This document shows positions 6,970 through 15,540 of a DNA stretch of 20,000 nucleotides, piece by piece. Every line of letters begins with the position of its first letter. Positions within the stretch are counted from its first letter, which is position 1. This stretch comes from an uncultured virus (IMG/VR IMGVR_UViG_3300042879_004844). Taxonomy: Duplodnaviria > Heunggongvirae > Uroviricota > Caudoviricetes. A model generated the notes under the pieces. That model searched no databases. It saw only the letters and a list, made by a program, of their open reading frames with translations, and was not told where the DNA came from. The translations under genes and the position numbers were made by a program. The stretch lies in IMG/VR virus record IMGVR_UViG_3300042879_004844. One strand, 5' to 3'.

Positions 6970-9900
6970 TCAGGTGCAGGGGAGTTCTGTGATGGCCCTG
7001 GCATTTGCGAGGGCGAGGGCCTGGGTGTCAGAGTCGGCCTGGGAAATCGTGCCACGATGACGTCCGGTGACGTTCACGGTCTGGCGCGTGTCAAGGGCGG
7101 CTCCCGTCGTCTGGTCGACGCGCCCGAATCTCTCATAGGAGTCCGCGTTGCCGTTGTAGGACGTGAAGTCGCCGGCAGCAAAGAAAAAGGTCCCGGTCGA
7201 GGGCAGCATGAGGGCGCGGACGGTCGCGTTGAACCCGGTTCCGGGGTTGAACGCCCCGACGGCCGCCCCCAGCGCCGTGGTCTTGACGATCCGCGGAACC
7301 GCAACAGAGTTGTAGGTCGTGAAGTTGCCCCCAAGGATGACGGTTCCATCTGCAAGAACCAAGATCGCCCGCGCCGCGGTGTTGAGCCCGGTCCCTACGT
7401 TGTAGGTCGCGTCGACAGAACCGTTGGTGTTGAGTCTCACCAGATCCTTGGCAGAATTGGCGCCGTCAAACGAGACAATGATCTTGCCATCGGCCTGCAG
7501 GGCCATCGAGGCAAATCCGGGATCGGCGACCGTGACCTCATACGGCGTGAATGCCGGATCCTCGATGCCGGTCGACAGGAGTCTCGCCACGCGGACTTTT
7601 CCGGCGACAGACTCGTATCCGGCCGCATAGACAAGATTCCCCGTGATGGGGATCAGGGCAAATATCTTCGTGAAGCCCGTCGGGAGATAGTCGGCATCTC
7701 TTGTTCCGTTTGCCTCGATCAGAACAATTGGCTTTGATACGGCCACGGAGTTGTATGTGGTGAATGTTCCACCGACGATGAGAGATCCGGCAGACGTCCC
7801 AAGCGCCGTGGTGTCCACCACAAAATAGGTGCCAGAATCTGGCTCGGTGACATGAAGCCGGTGGCCGGCCGAGGCGGCCGTGATTGTCACGGTGTCGGTC
7901 AAAACTGTCGCAACGAACTGGGCATCTGCGTCGACGGCAAGCTGGATCTTCGTTGCGAGTTGCGAGGCCGTGTCAATGTTCACGCCCTGCTGGGTCACAA
8001 GAAACGTGAATCCGGTCGGGTCTGTCCCATCAACTACGTCTGCCACGACTCCAATATAGACATTCGTGATGGTCACCTGGTTTCCGCTCACGGCCGCCGA
8101 GAACTGGGCATCCGCGTCGACCGCGTTTCTGAGCTTGGTCGCGACCGTGTTGGCCGAGTCATTGTTGTTGATGTCGACCTTCAGGTTTCTTGTGTATCCC
8201 GTGGGGGCCGTGGATCCTCCGGAGTGTGCGAACCAGACCGCCACGGTCGTTGCCGCCCCGTCACGAATGACAAAGTAGGCCTCATCAAGAGATCCAGCGA
8301 CGTCAGCAAGAGTGGTGACTCGGGTGATCTCCGGAAGACCGGCCGACATGTCTACCTCAAGCAGACGGCCACCCGACGGAGCTGCTGGAGGAGTTGAGGT
8401 ATTGTTGTTGTCCATCCAGACGCGGACTGGACCATTGGCATCTCCAAGATCAAAATACTTGCCACCACTGCCAGACGCCGTTGCGACCTGGACAGTCGAA
8501 ACCTCGGTGAGTGCCGACGGAAGAATGCACGCGGCAGTCGGTGCCGTGTTGAATCCGGTTCCAAATGTCACGGTCGTGTCGAGCGCCCCGGCCGATGTCA
8601 GTCGGGCGATCCGGGTCCGCGCGACATTGTTGTATTCGCTGAATTCTCCGAGGGCGTAGATGCCGTTGCTGTCATTGAGCAGGACGTTGATCTGCTCGGA
8701 ACTCGGCTCGGCTCCAAAGTTCGACACAAAGCCGTCTCCCTGCGTGAAGGTCAGGCTCCTGATGCCGCCGGAAGTTCTCTCGGTGATCTTGCCCTGGTTG
8801 GTCGTGTTGTCTCTCCAGAACTGACCCCCAAGGATGACGCGGCCATCAGACAGTCTCGTCATTGCCAGGGCATCATCGTTGAGTTCAGAATAACAGTGGT
8901 GGGTCACGGACTGCACCGAGTCATAGTAGCACGGATAGATTGTCCTGAGGTAGTCGGCCTGCGCCTGGGCGGCCGTCTGGGCAGACGCGAGAGCCTGGAC
9001 ATCGGCATCTGCCTGAGAGATTCTCGACCTGTATGTCGAGGTGGCCGTGACAGTGAGCGGCCCGGTCGTGACAGACCCCGCCGGGCAGGTCAGGGTGACG
9101 GTCGAGGACCTCGTCGAGGCCCACGCGTTGCCGCCGACCTCATAGAGATCCTCGAGAGGCACGAATCCCTCTTCTCGGCTGTAGATGTGGTTCTGACCGT
9201 CCTCCCCGACGAGGCAGACACGGATCTCGTCTTCCTCGCAGCGACCCTCTGCCCGCTCGGCCCACGGTTCCATGAAGAGACGGATCGACTCGACGGCCAT
9301 CTGGCCGCACCACCGGACAAGAATGCTGAAGGCCTTGTCGATGTTCTCAGAATACTCGGACTCGCAGGTCGGGCAGCCATCGGTCGGCAGGGCATTCTCC
9401 GTCGTGACACGACGGCTCTGTTTCTTGAGACCATCGAGAATGTCGAGCTCGGAAGGCGGAATGTCGGCCCCGGCAGAGGCGGCCGTGATTGGAGCAATGA
9501 TGCGCTTGCAGAGAACTGGCTTGTAGGCGCCGCGGATTCCGCGGTAGTCTGCCGTGACATACGCGTCTCCGGCGATCTCCATCAGATTGATGTCGGCATA
9601 CTGGAAGGACTTGAGATCGTGGCCGTCTCCCATGAGGCGGGTCTCAAACTCGCAGAAGATCGGCCTCGTGAAGTCGATCCTCGTGAAGTCGCTGCCCAGT
9701 TCAAAAAAGGTGTCTTCTCTCTCGGGCATGAACGCCTCCCAGACATGGTTGTGGCTTCCGTCAGACAGAGCCCGGTAGTCGACCGAGGCCGCGAAGGCGC
9801 GCCGCTTTCCGTTGATCACCGGGGATGCCCACTGGATCGGGCGGATCCCCGTCCACACTCCAGACCACGCCGGGATTTTTTCAGAAGAAAATTCGCTCAG

Positions 9901-10998
9901 GGGAGAATAGTCGAGCACAAACGTCTCAGAGTTGAGATTCTGCCCGATCGGCATCGACATGAGAAGGTAGTTCTCAAAGCTGAGACCGCAGATCATCGAC
10001 GAGTCATCGTTGAGAAACTGCTTGCTGAAGGCCATCTCGGCGTCTCGATAGTTGATCTGGCTCGTCAGGTTGCTCGAGGCCGCCGCGTCAGAGGCCACGA
10101 GACCTCCAGAGCTATACCACCACATCAGGCCCGCCTGGAACACGACGCTTCGTCCCGCGACGCATCCGGTGCTCGGGAACAGGATCGACTGCATTCCCTG
10201 GGTCGTGGCCCACTGGGCGCGATCTCGGATGCCAGAGAGCACGATCTCGCTCCTCTCGTCGGTGAACACCACGACGACCTCGACTCGCTCGTCTCCGATG
10301 AAGCTGGTGACCCCGGTGATCTGTTTCGGGAAAGAAAAATCGCCTCGGCCCTCGCCCTCGACTCGCTCGGTGAACTTGATCGGATCAAACAGATCAGACG
10401 CCAGAAGAACATTGCCGCGCGCGACCCAGAGACGTCCCCCAGAGAAGGTCATCCAGGTCCCGGTCGGGGTCTCGAGATTCGGAGCCGCCTCGACGAGGTG
10501 CCGCGATTCCTCCCCGTCCCAGTATGCGGCCGGGGTCACGCCGTCCTGGATCATCAGCACGTTGTGCGACGGCACGATCTGCAGCGTCTGATCGGGCGCG
10601 GTCGTGACGGTCTTCTCGGCGACCGCAAAATGGACCATGTCGGCATCTGCCGAAAACTGAAGATTCTTAAGACGAAAATCTTCCCAGAATCTTGGCTGCT
10701 CAAGAGGAAACGGCGCAAAATAGATCTTTCCATCGACGGCAAGAACAAGGTGATCGTCGCGGCGCCCGTCTTTGGTGACCTGAAAGTGCGCCATTCCCTG
10801 AAAGTTTCCTTCGGGAAGAGTGAGCCGCATGCGAAATCCGGGTCTCGTCTGGATCACGCCGCCGCGGTTCACGACGTTGACTCCGCGTCGATACTGATCC
10901 TGCCGAAGAAACCACGGATGCCGGACAGAGTTCATTCCCGACATCCATCCGGCGTCGACACTCACGAGCCGTCCCTGGGTTATCGCGGGAGATTGCAT
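6970..10998 (-). CDS. Tail nozzle/tail tubular B-like (P22 gp10-like) protein with long C-terminal appendage (1342 aa)
   Basis: The N-terminal ~600 aa look like a podovirus nozzle: GWMSGMNS...QYRRGVNVVNRGGVIQTRPG, then beta-propeller-type strands such as GGRLWVARGN. The C-terminal ~720 aa hold two SxISQADxDxQAL units (DUF5977-like) and seven delta-60/DUF5122-like blades (e.g. LVRLNTNGSVDATYNVGTGLN, ILVLADGTVILGGNFTTYN). Confidence 0.75.
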   Translation of the reverse strand: MQSPAITQGRLVSVDAGWMSGMNSVRHPWFLRQDQYRRGVNVVNRGGVIQTRPGFRMRLTLPEGNFQGMAHFQVTKDGRRDDHLVLAVDGKIYFAPFPLEQPRFWEDFRLKNLQFSADADMVHFAVAEKTVTTAPDQTLQIVPSHNVLMIQDGVTPAAYWDGEESRHLVEAAPNLETPTGTWMTFSGGRLWVARGNVLLASDLFDPIKFTERVEGEGRGDFSFPKQITGVTSFIGDERVEVVVVFTDERSEIVLSGIRDRAQWATTQGMQSILFPSTGCVAGRSVVFQAGLMWWYSSGGLVASDAAASSNLTSQINYRDAEMAFSKQFLNDDSSMICGLSFENYLLMSMPIGQNLNSETFVLDYSPLSEFSSEKIPAWSGVWTGIRPIQWASPVINGKRRAFAASVDYRALSDGSHNHVWEAFMPEREDTFFELGSDFTRIDFTRPIFCEFETRLMGDGHDLKSFQYADINLMEIAGDAYVTADYRGIRGAYKPVLCKRIIAPITAASAGADIPPSELDILDGLKKQSRRVTTENALPTDGCPTCESEYSENIDKAFSILVRWCGQMAVESIRLFMEPWAERAEGRCEEDEIRVCLVGEDGQNHIYSREEGFVPLEDLYEVGGNAWASTRSSTVTLTCPAGSVTTGPLTVTATSTYRSRISQADADVQALASAQTAAQAQADYLRTIYPCYYDSVQSVTHHCYSELNDDALAMTRLSDGRVILGGQFWRDNTTNQGKITERTSGGIRSLTFTQGDGFVSNFGAEPSSEQINVLLNDSNGIYALGEFSEYNNVARTRIARLTSAGALDTTVTFGTGFNTAPTAACILPSALTEVSTVQVATASGSGGKYFDLGDANGPVRVWMDNNNTSTPPAAPSGGRLLEVDMSAGLPEITRVTTLADVAGSLDEAYFVIRDGAATTVAVWFAHSGGSTAPTGYTRNLKVDINNNDSANTVATKLRNAVDADAQFSAAVSGNQVTITNVYIGVVADVVDGTDPTGFTFLVTQQGVNIDTASQLATKIQLAVDADAQFVATVLTDTVTITAASAGHRLHVTEPDSGTYFVVDTTALGTSAGSLIVGGTFTTYNSVAVSKPIVLIEANGTRDADYLPTGFTKIFALIPITGNLVYAAGYESVAGKVRVARLLSTGIEDPAFTPYEVTVADPGFASMALQADGKIIVSFDGANSAKDLVRLNTNGSVDATYNVGTGLNTAARAILVLADGTVILGGNFTTYNSVAVPRIVKTTALGAAVGAFNPGTGFNATVRALMLPSTGTFFFAAGDFTSYNGNADSYERFGRVDQTTGAALDTRQTVNVTGRHRGTISQADSDTQALALANARAITELPCT
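7915..8121. repeat. 21-bp direct repeat (1 mismatch) marking two homologous nested domains
   Basis: gaactgggcatctgcgtcgac at 7915-7935 versus gaactgggcatccgcgtcgac at 8101-8121. Both encode VDADAQF on the minus strand. Confidence 0.85.
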
Positions 10999-11001
10999 GG
11001 C

Positions 11002-13977
11002 CTAGTCCATCCAGTCATCTGGCCTGGTTGTCACGTCGGCGTTGATCTGGAATGTCGGGGCGCGTGGTCCGTCGAGCGCCCGGTTTCTCTTGTTGAGGTA
11101 TTCCACCGCGATCAGGCGATACTGCTCCGACTCGGCGATGAACTTCTTGAAGAGCAGTTCCTGCGACTGGACCATCATGAGAATCGCCATGCGAGAATCC
11201 AGGTTGATGAAGTCTCTCTCGGTCAGCACGTCGAAGGCCCGGCGGCGATACTTTAGACGGACGGAGGTGGCCGACTTGCTGACTCTGATGCGGCGGTATG
11301 CCGGGACTGTCTCGGTGGGATGGATGTCTCCAAGAAGCGCGATGTTTCCGGTTCTCGACGTGTCCCAGGCATAGAGTCGGATGTATCCGTCGGTGATCGG
11401 TTTTTCAATGGAAGAGACGGTCTGAACGGACACCGGCGCGCGGGAAACAATGACTCGCTGGGTTCCTGTTCCAGACGACAGAAAGGTGATGCGTCCGGCC
11501 GTCGAGGGAGCGGCATTTGCCTGCGCCTGCGAGGGATACAGCTCGATCTGGTCGTCATCGATGGACCTGAGATAGTAGGTGGTCGACGGAAGAAGCGGCG
11601 ACGGAAGCGCCGAGCTCGTCACCGCCGTGAGAGCGGTTCCAGTGACAAATCCATGGTCTAGAATGTCAAGCGACGTCGCGGCCGGAGCCGTCACGGAACG
11701 AGAGATCAGCATCTCGTGAGTCCCTGATCCCGCGGTCGTCAGCGGAACAAGCGCGCCTGCCGTCGTGTAGACCTCGATGGTGTCTCCCACCACGTTGGCC
11801 CGGTAGTCTGTCGCGGTTGCAAGGGGAGCGGGCAGTGTCCCGGTGGTCGTGAAGCGAACAATCGTGAGGTTCTCGAGAAACGCCGTGAAATCGACATCGA
11901 GGCTGTTGTCTCGGGGCGACACGGTCACTGATCTTGCCCTCGAGAGATACAGCGTCTCGGCGCCGGCGGTCGTGGCCGAGAATCTTCCTGTCACCGTGGG
12001 AGGAGCCGCGTTTGCGTTGACGGCCGAGTCATAGATCTCAACGAGCGAGTTGCTGATCTTGCGGACATAGTAGAGAGTCGACTGGTCGACCTGCGACGGA
12101 GCAGTTCCCGGCAGAATTCCGGGCGTGTAGAATCGGACGGCATCGCCGGTCGAGAGGGCCGTGGCGTCCACCGACCACTGCGGAAGAAATCCCACCGAGA
12201 ACGAGCGCGAGATGGCCACGTAGAGCTGCCCAGATCCTCCAGAACTGATTGCGACCGGATTCGGGATCGTGTCATTGAGCGAGAATGTCGTCGCGGTCAG
12301 CGGGGCCTCTCCACGGTAGACGGTCTCGGCCTTGATGGGATCTGGAAGTGTTCCGTTGGTCGTGAACCGAACCAGACTCCCGCCCTGCGGCGTGAAGGTC
12401 ACGGCCGGGGCCGAGGTGTATCCCGTCCCACCGGTGATGACACGAACCGAAACCACGGCTCCACCGGCAACGATCGCCTCGGCCGTTGCGCCGGTTCCTC
12501 CGCCTCCCGAGATGGTGACCTTTGGCGAGACGTTGTAGGCACTCCCACCGGCACCGACCGAGACGGCGACAACGGTCTGACTCGAGAGCACGGCAGTTCC
12601 GGTCGCTCCCGAGCCGCTGGGGGCACTGAGGTTGTGCGGACTCGCCGTCGTCACGGTGCTGCTTCCGCCGCCAGCGACGGTTGCCGCGATGAGTTTCACG
12701 AGCGAGTTCGTGCCGACTCCAAGCGAGGTCAGCGCGATCGGATTGGCCCCAGTCGAGGAATCGACCGCGGTGGAATGCAGCGACACGGTCGTCGCGCTCA
12801 GGGCCCTGACAAAGTATGGCGTGTTGGCGATCAGAGGCTGCGGAAGTTCTCCTCCGGAATTTGAGGCCGTCACCTGGTCTCCTGTGACAAAATTGTGCAA
12901 CAGGGAAAAAGTCAGCTGGGTGAGCGGATACATCGGCTTGAGAATGCGCGCCTCCGCCGAAGTTCCGGGAGTCGTGGCGTTGATCGGGTTGGTCGCGTTC
13001 TCGCGGTCGCTGTCGTCGCCGTAGACAATGAAGCGGTCGGTGGCGATGGGAGACGCCGCATAGGTTCGAGAGGCCTCAAACGGCAGAGGAAGCGGTGATC
13101 CAGTGAAGGCCACAAGATCTCCCTCCGAGATGAGGTTGGCTCCCGAGGTCACGAAGCAGGTTCTGGCCCGGATGGCCCGCGTCTCTCGGAGCGTGATTGA
13201 GGCGGCTGGATCGACGGTCGTGAAGAGGATCGGGCGCTGGTTTGTCTGGGCATCAAGTCGGGTCGCATAGAGCAGCACGCTGGTCGAGTCGACGGCTCGA
13301 ATGAAATAAAATGCCCCGTTGATCAGGGGCTGAGGAATCGACCCGGAGGCGAGCTGCACCTGCATCTGGGCGGCCGTGGCGAGACCGTGGGCCGTCCCTG
13401 AGACCAGCAGACCAGTCGGCGTGGTCTCGAAGAGACGAAGAAACGGGACAGAGGTCGGGGCGGCCGTGGGAGCTCCCGCGACATTGACTGCAAAGGTCTC
13501 GGTCCCGTCGATCCAGTCGCCATTCTCGAGCTGCTGACGAAGTTCTCGGCCATTCGCGTCGATTCCAAGGACTCGCACGACGACGCCGATGTCGGCCTCT
13601 GAGTCGCAGCGGGCGATCAGGGGACCGGGAGTCCCAATGTCCATGAAAGAGGGCACGGTCCCAGAGTCATCCCACGCCCACGGGACGACGTGGTCGTCTG
13701 TCAGTCCGTCGCCATTGAGATGGAAGCGGAAAAATTCGTCTCGCATGAAGGCCGGAATGCCATTGACGGCAACTGCCAGCGGTGTCTCGACCTCGCGCGG
13801 AAGAGTGACGGTCTGACCGTCAGAGAGGGTCATGATGTCAAGGGCCCCGATGTTCGCGGCCCAGTCGCCCTCGTCCTGGAGGGCTCGAACTGCCTCGGAG
13901 ATGCGACGAAGGGCCTTCTGCCGGTCGCACCGACCGAGGACCTCGATCACCTGGTCAATGATCTCCGAGACAAACAT
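11002..13977 (-). CDS. Head-tail adaptor/tail tubular A-like protein with seven inserted beta-rich repeats (991 aa)
   Basis: Start re-assigned to ATG 13977 (MFVSEIIDQVIEVLGRCDRQKALRRISEAVRAL), 7 nt after the upstream stop. Helical N- and C-termini typical of adaptor proteins flank seven ~75-85 aa repeats. It lies directly upstream of the nozzle-like gene (TAG-GCC-ATG). Confidence 0.65.
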   Translation of the reverse strand: MFVSEIIDQVIEVLGRCDRQKALRRISEAVRALQDEGDWAANIGALDIMTLSDGQTVTLPREVETPLAVAVNGIPAFMRDEFFRFHLNGDGLTDDHVVPWAWDDSGTVPSFMDIGTPGPLIARCDSEADIGVVVRVLGIDANGRELRQQLENGDWIDGTETFAVNVAGAPTAAPTSVPFLRLFETTPTGLLVSGTAHGLATAAQMQVQLASGSIPQPLINGAFYFIRAVDSTSVLLYATRLDAQTNQRPILFTTVDPAASITLRETRAIRARTCFVTSGANLISEGDLVAFTGSPLPLPFEASRTYAASPIATDRFIVYGDDSDRENATNPINATTPGTSAEARILKPMYPLTQLTFSLLHNFVTGDQVTASNSGGELPQPLIANTPYFVRALSATTVSLHSTAVDSSTGANPIALTSLGVGTNSLVKLIAATVAGGGSSTVTTASPHNLSAPSGSGATGTAVLSSQTVVAVSVGAGGSAYNVSPKVTISGGGGTGATAEAIVAGGAVVSVRVITGGTGYTSAPAVTFTPQGGSLVRFTTNGTLPDPIKAETVYRGEAPLTATTFSLNDTIPNPVAISSGGSGQLYVAISRSFSVGFLPQWSVDATALSTGDAVRFYTPGILPGTAPSQVDQSTLYYVRKISNSLVEIYDSAVNANAAPPTVTGRFSATTAGAETLYLSRARSVTVSPRDNSLDVDFTAFLENLTIVRFTTTGTLPAPLATATDYRANVVGDTIEVYTTAGALVPLTTAGSGTHEMLISRSVTAPAATSLDILDHGFVTGTALTAVTSSALPSPLLPSTTYYLRSIDDDQIELYPSQAQANAAPSTAGRITFLSSGTGTQRVIVSRAPVSVQTVSSIEKPITDGYIRLYAWDTSRTGNIALLGDIHPTETVPAYRRIRVSKSATSVRLKYRRRAFDVLTERDFINLDSRMAILMMVQSQELLFKKFIAESEQYRLIAVEYLNKRNRALDGPRAPTFQINADVTTRPDDWMD

Positions 13978-13984
13978 GTCCAGA

Positions 13985-14263
13985 TCATGCCACTGGCGGA
14001 ATCCCGAGTCGGCTGTCGGACATCGCCGAGAGCTCGGCCCCGAATCCAGAAAGATCGGCACCGGTGGCAAGAACCTCGTTCATTGTCTCGTCGGCCTTCA
14101 CGGCCTTCTCGTCGGCCTTGAGTTTTGCCTCGGCGGCTCCGATCGCCTGGCTCAGCCCGGCCAGGAATCCCTTGGCAAGGTCAAACGTCGATCTCGGCAG
14201 CGTCAGCTGAATCTGGGGTTCTGGCTCCTCGGCCATCGTGTCGGTCATTCCATTCATGGTCAT
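13985..14263 (-). CDS. Hypothetical acidic helical protein (92 aa)
   Basis: ATGA overlap with the upstream gene. Coiled-coil-like AAEAKLKADEKAVKADE. Confidence 0.65.
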   Translation of the reverse strand: MTMNGMTDTMAEEPEPQIQLTLPRSTFDLAKGFLAGLSQAIGAAEAKLKADEKAVKADETMNEVLATGADLSGFGAELSAMSDSRLGIPPVA

Positions 14264-14586
14264 TTCTCCTCGTCCTCGGTTTCCTCTTCGGACTCGCGGA
14301 GACCCTTCTCGATCTCATCCTCGCCGTCCTCGGAGATCTCTCCAAATTCGATTCCCATGACCTCAAGATCCAGCGACGAGGTCTTTCCGTTCGGGCCCTC
14401 AGAGTCGGTCTTCGAGACGATCCTGAAGCGGATCGTGGCCTCGCCCTCGGTCCCGACATCGGGCGCATCATCGATTCCCTCTCTTCCAGAGATGTAGAGA
14501 GACGGATAGGTCATTTTTTCATCCGGCATCGCGGAGACCATCTCGATCATGCCGGCGGATTCTGAAGATTTTCCAAGATTGATCAT
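14260..14586 (-). CDS. Hypothetical very acidic small beta protein (108 aa)
   Basis: First gene after the 14587-14655 intergenic gap. It has beta strands (EATIRFRIVS, SLDLEVMGIEF) and an Asp/Glu-rich C-terminal tail. Confidence 0.7.
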   Translation of the reverse strand: MINLGKSSESAGMIEMVSAMPDEKMTYPSLYISGREGIDDAPDVGTEGEATIRFRIVSKTDSEGPNGKTSSLDLEVMGIEFGEISEDGEDEIEKGLRESEEETEDEEK

Positions 14587-14635
14587 GATCGTGACTCGTT
14601 GTGCAAAGTTATCTCTCGATGGAACATTCTGACAT

Positions 14636-14663
14636 CACAGACTTCTGTGCAGAAGTCACAGAA
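14636..14663. promoter_or_regulatory. Overlapping inverted repeats at the accessory/tail module boundary
   Basis: gacttctg-tg-cagaagtc (14640-14657) overlaps cacaga-ct-tctgtg (14636-14649) and ttctgtg-N7-cacagaa (14643-14663). There is no U-tract, so this is not a clear intrinsic terminator. Confidence 0.4.
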
Positions 14664-15090
14664 TCTTTCGGAAATAGAGGGCACTCCTGCCTCCCCAGAC
14701 GTGGTGGGGAGAATACAGCCGGAAGCCGCAGGAAATGAGCGAATTCGCACTCGCAAGATTTGATGGAACCACGTAGGTCACGAGTTCTTTCAGTCCGACT
14801 CGGCGAGCCTGGGCGATCCGTCTCCGGATGAGTTCCTTCTGCCGTCCCTGGCCTCGCCAGTCTCGCAGGACTCCGACCCTCGATAGAAATCCCAGTCCGG
14901 CGTTGTGCCTGGACGTGCAGGGACGCAGGGCGGCATAGGCGACGGGCGTCCGGTCCTGTTCCTCGATCCACCAGTAGCAGCCCTCGACGCGGACGCGCCA
15001 GTCGGCAGGAAAGCACAGCTGGTCGAGACGCAGAATGGTGTCCCGGATCCACTCCGGGCACGAGTCTGGCCTGGCGACGAGCCGGGTCAT
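14656..15090 (-). CDS. GNAT family N-acetyltransferase (144 aa)
   Basis: Acetyl-CoA-binding motif A RVGVLRDWRGQGRQKELI and motif B NLASANSLISCGF. The N-terminus ILRLDQLCFP is RimI-like. Confidence 0.9.
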   Translation of the reverse strand: MTRLVARPDSCPEWIRDTILRLDQLCFPADWRVRVEGCYWWIEEQDRTPVAYAALRPCTSRHNAGLGFLSRVGVLRDWRGQGRQKELIRRRIAQARRVGLKELVTYVVPSNLASANSLISCGFRLYSPHHVWGGRSALYFRKIL

Positions 15091-15093
15091 GGC

Positions 15094-15540
15094 TCACAGG
15101 ATGTCGAGATCCCTCCCGAATGCCTTGCTCGAGGGATACGTGGGCTTGCAGTGGGGCCACGTGATCTTCCAGCGCTTTCCGTCCTTTGAAAGAATCCCGA
15201 CCTTCCCGGAGCCGCGGCGGCGTCGCACCCGGGAGCCCTCCATCGGCTCTCTTGCGGGCGTGGGCTCGTCAGATTTTTTGAGATCTGCCGCGACCGGCGT
15301 CTCGTTCTTGCCGAGCTCCCGGTAGCCGGTGATCCGGACCAGGCGCTTGAGCTTGTTGTCCCAGACCGTGAAGTCCTGGCGCTCGACCGTGCCGGCACGG
15401 ATGCCGGGGGCGAGAAGCGAGGCCACTCTCTCGGGACTGCACTCGAGCTGTTCGGCCACGTCGTCGCGGCTCGACCAGCCCCTCGGCCATGCATAGGCCG
15501 CGGCGTTTTGTTTTTCCAGTATGGATTTCCAGTTAGGCAT
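15094..15540 (-). CDS. Hypothetical protein with N-terminal HTH-like and C-terminal SH3/KOW-like segments (148 aa)
   Basis: SRDDVAEQLECSPERVASLL resembles a helix-turn-helix. EGSRVRRRRGSGKVGILSKDGKRWKITW resembles a small beta-barrel. 8-nt overlap with the upstream phosphoesterase gene. Confidence 0.6.
   Translation of the reverse strand: MPNWKSILEKQNAAAYAWPRGWSSRDDVAEQLECSPERVASLLAPGIRAGTVERQDFTVWDNKLKRLVRITGYRELGKNETPVAADLKKSDEPTPAREPMEGSRVRRRRGSGKVGILSKDGKRWKITWPHCKPTYPSSKAFGRDLDIL

Noticed and set aside
6681..7055. N-terminal extension of the 253-aa ORF 6294..7055
   Set aside because: It overlaps the nozzle C-terminus and the 96-aa gene. The ATGA-coupled start at 6680 gives a cleaner gene.
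8896..11256. 786-aa plus-strand ORF
   Set aside because: It is antisense to two well-supported minus-strand tail genes and has Arg/Gly/Asp/Val/Leu-rich shadow composition with no motifs. Such ORFs are expected in GC-rich, codon-biased DNA.
13978..14070. Extended starts given in the ORF track (14070, 4054, 3630, 17585, 17701)
   Set aside because: Each overlaps the upstream gene substantially. Internal ATGs next to the upstream stop (13977, 3985, 3570, 17471, 17635) fit the operon's coupling pattern.
14640..14657. Rho-independent terminator
   Set aside because: A stem is present but there is no U-tract on either strand, so it is kept only as an unspecified regulatory palindrome.
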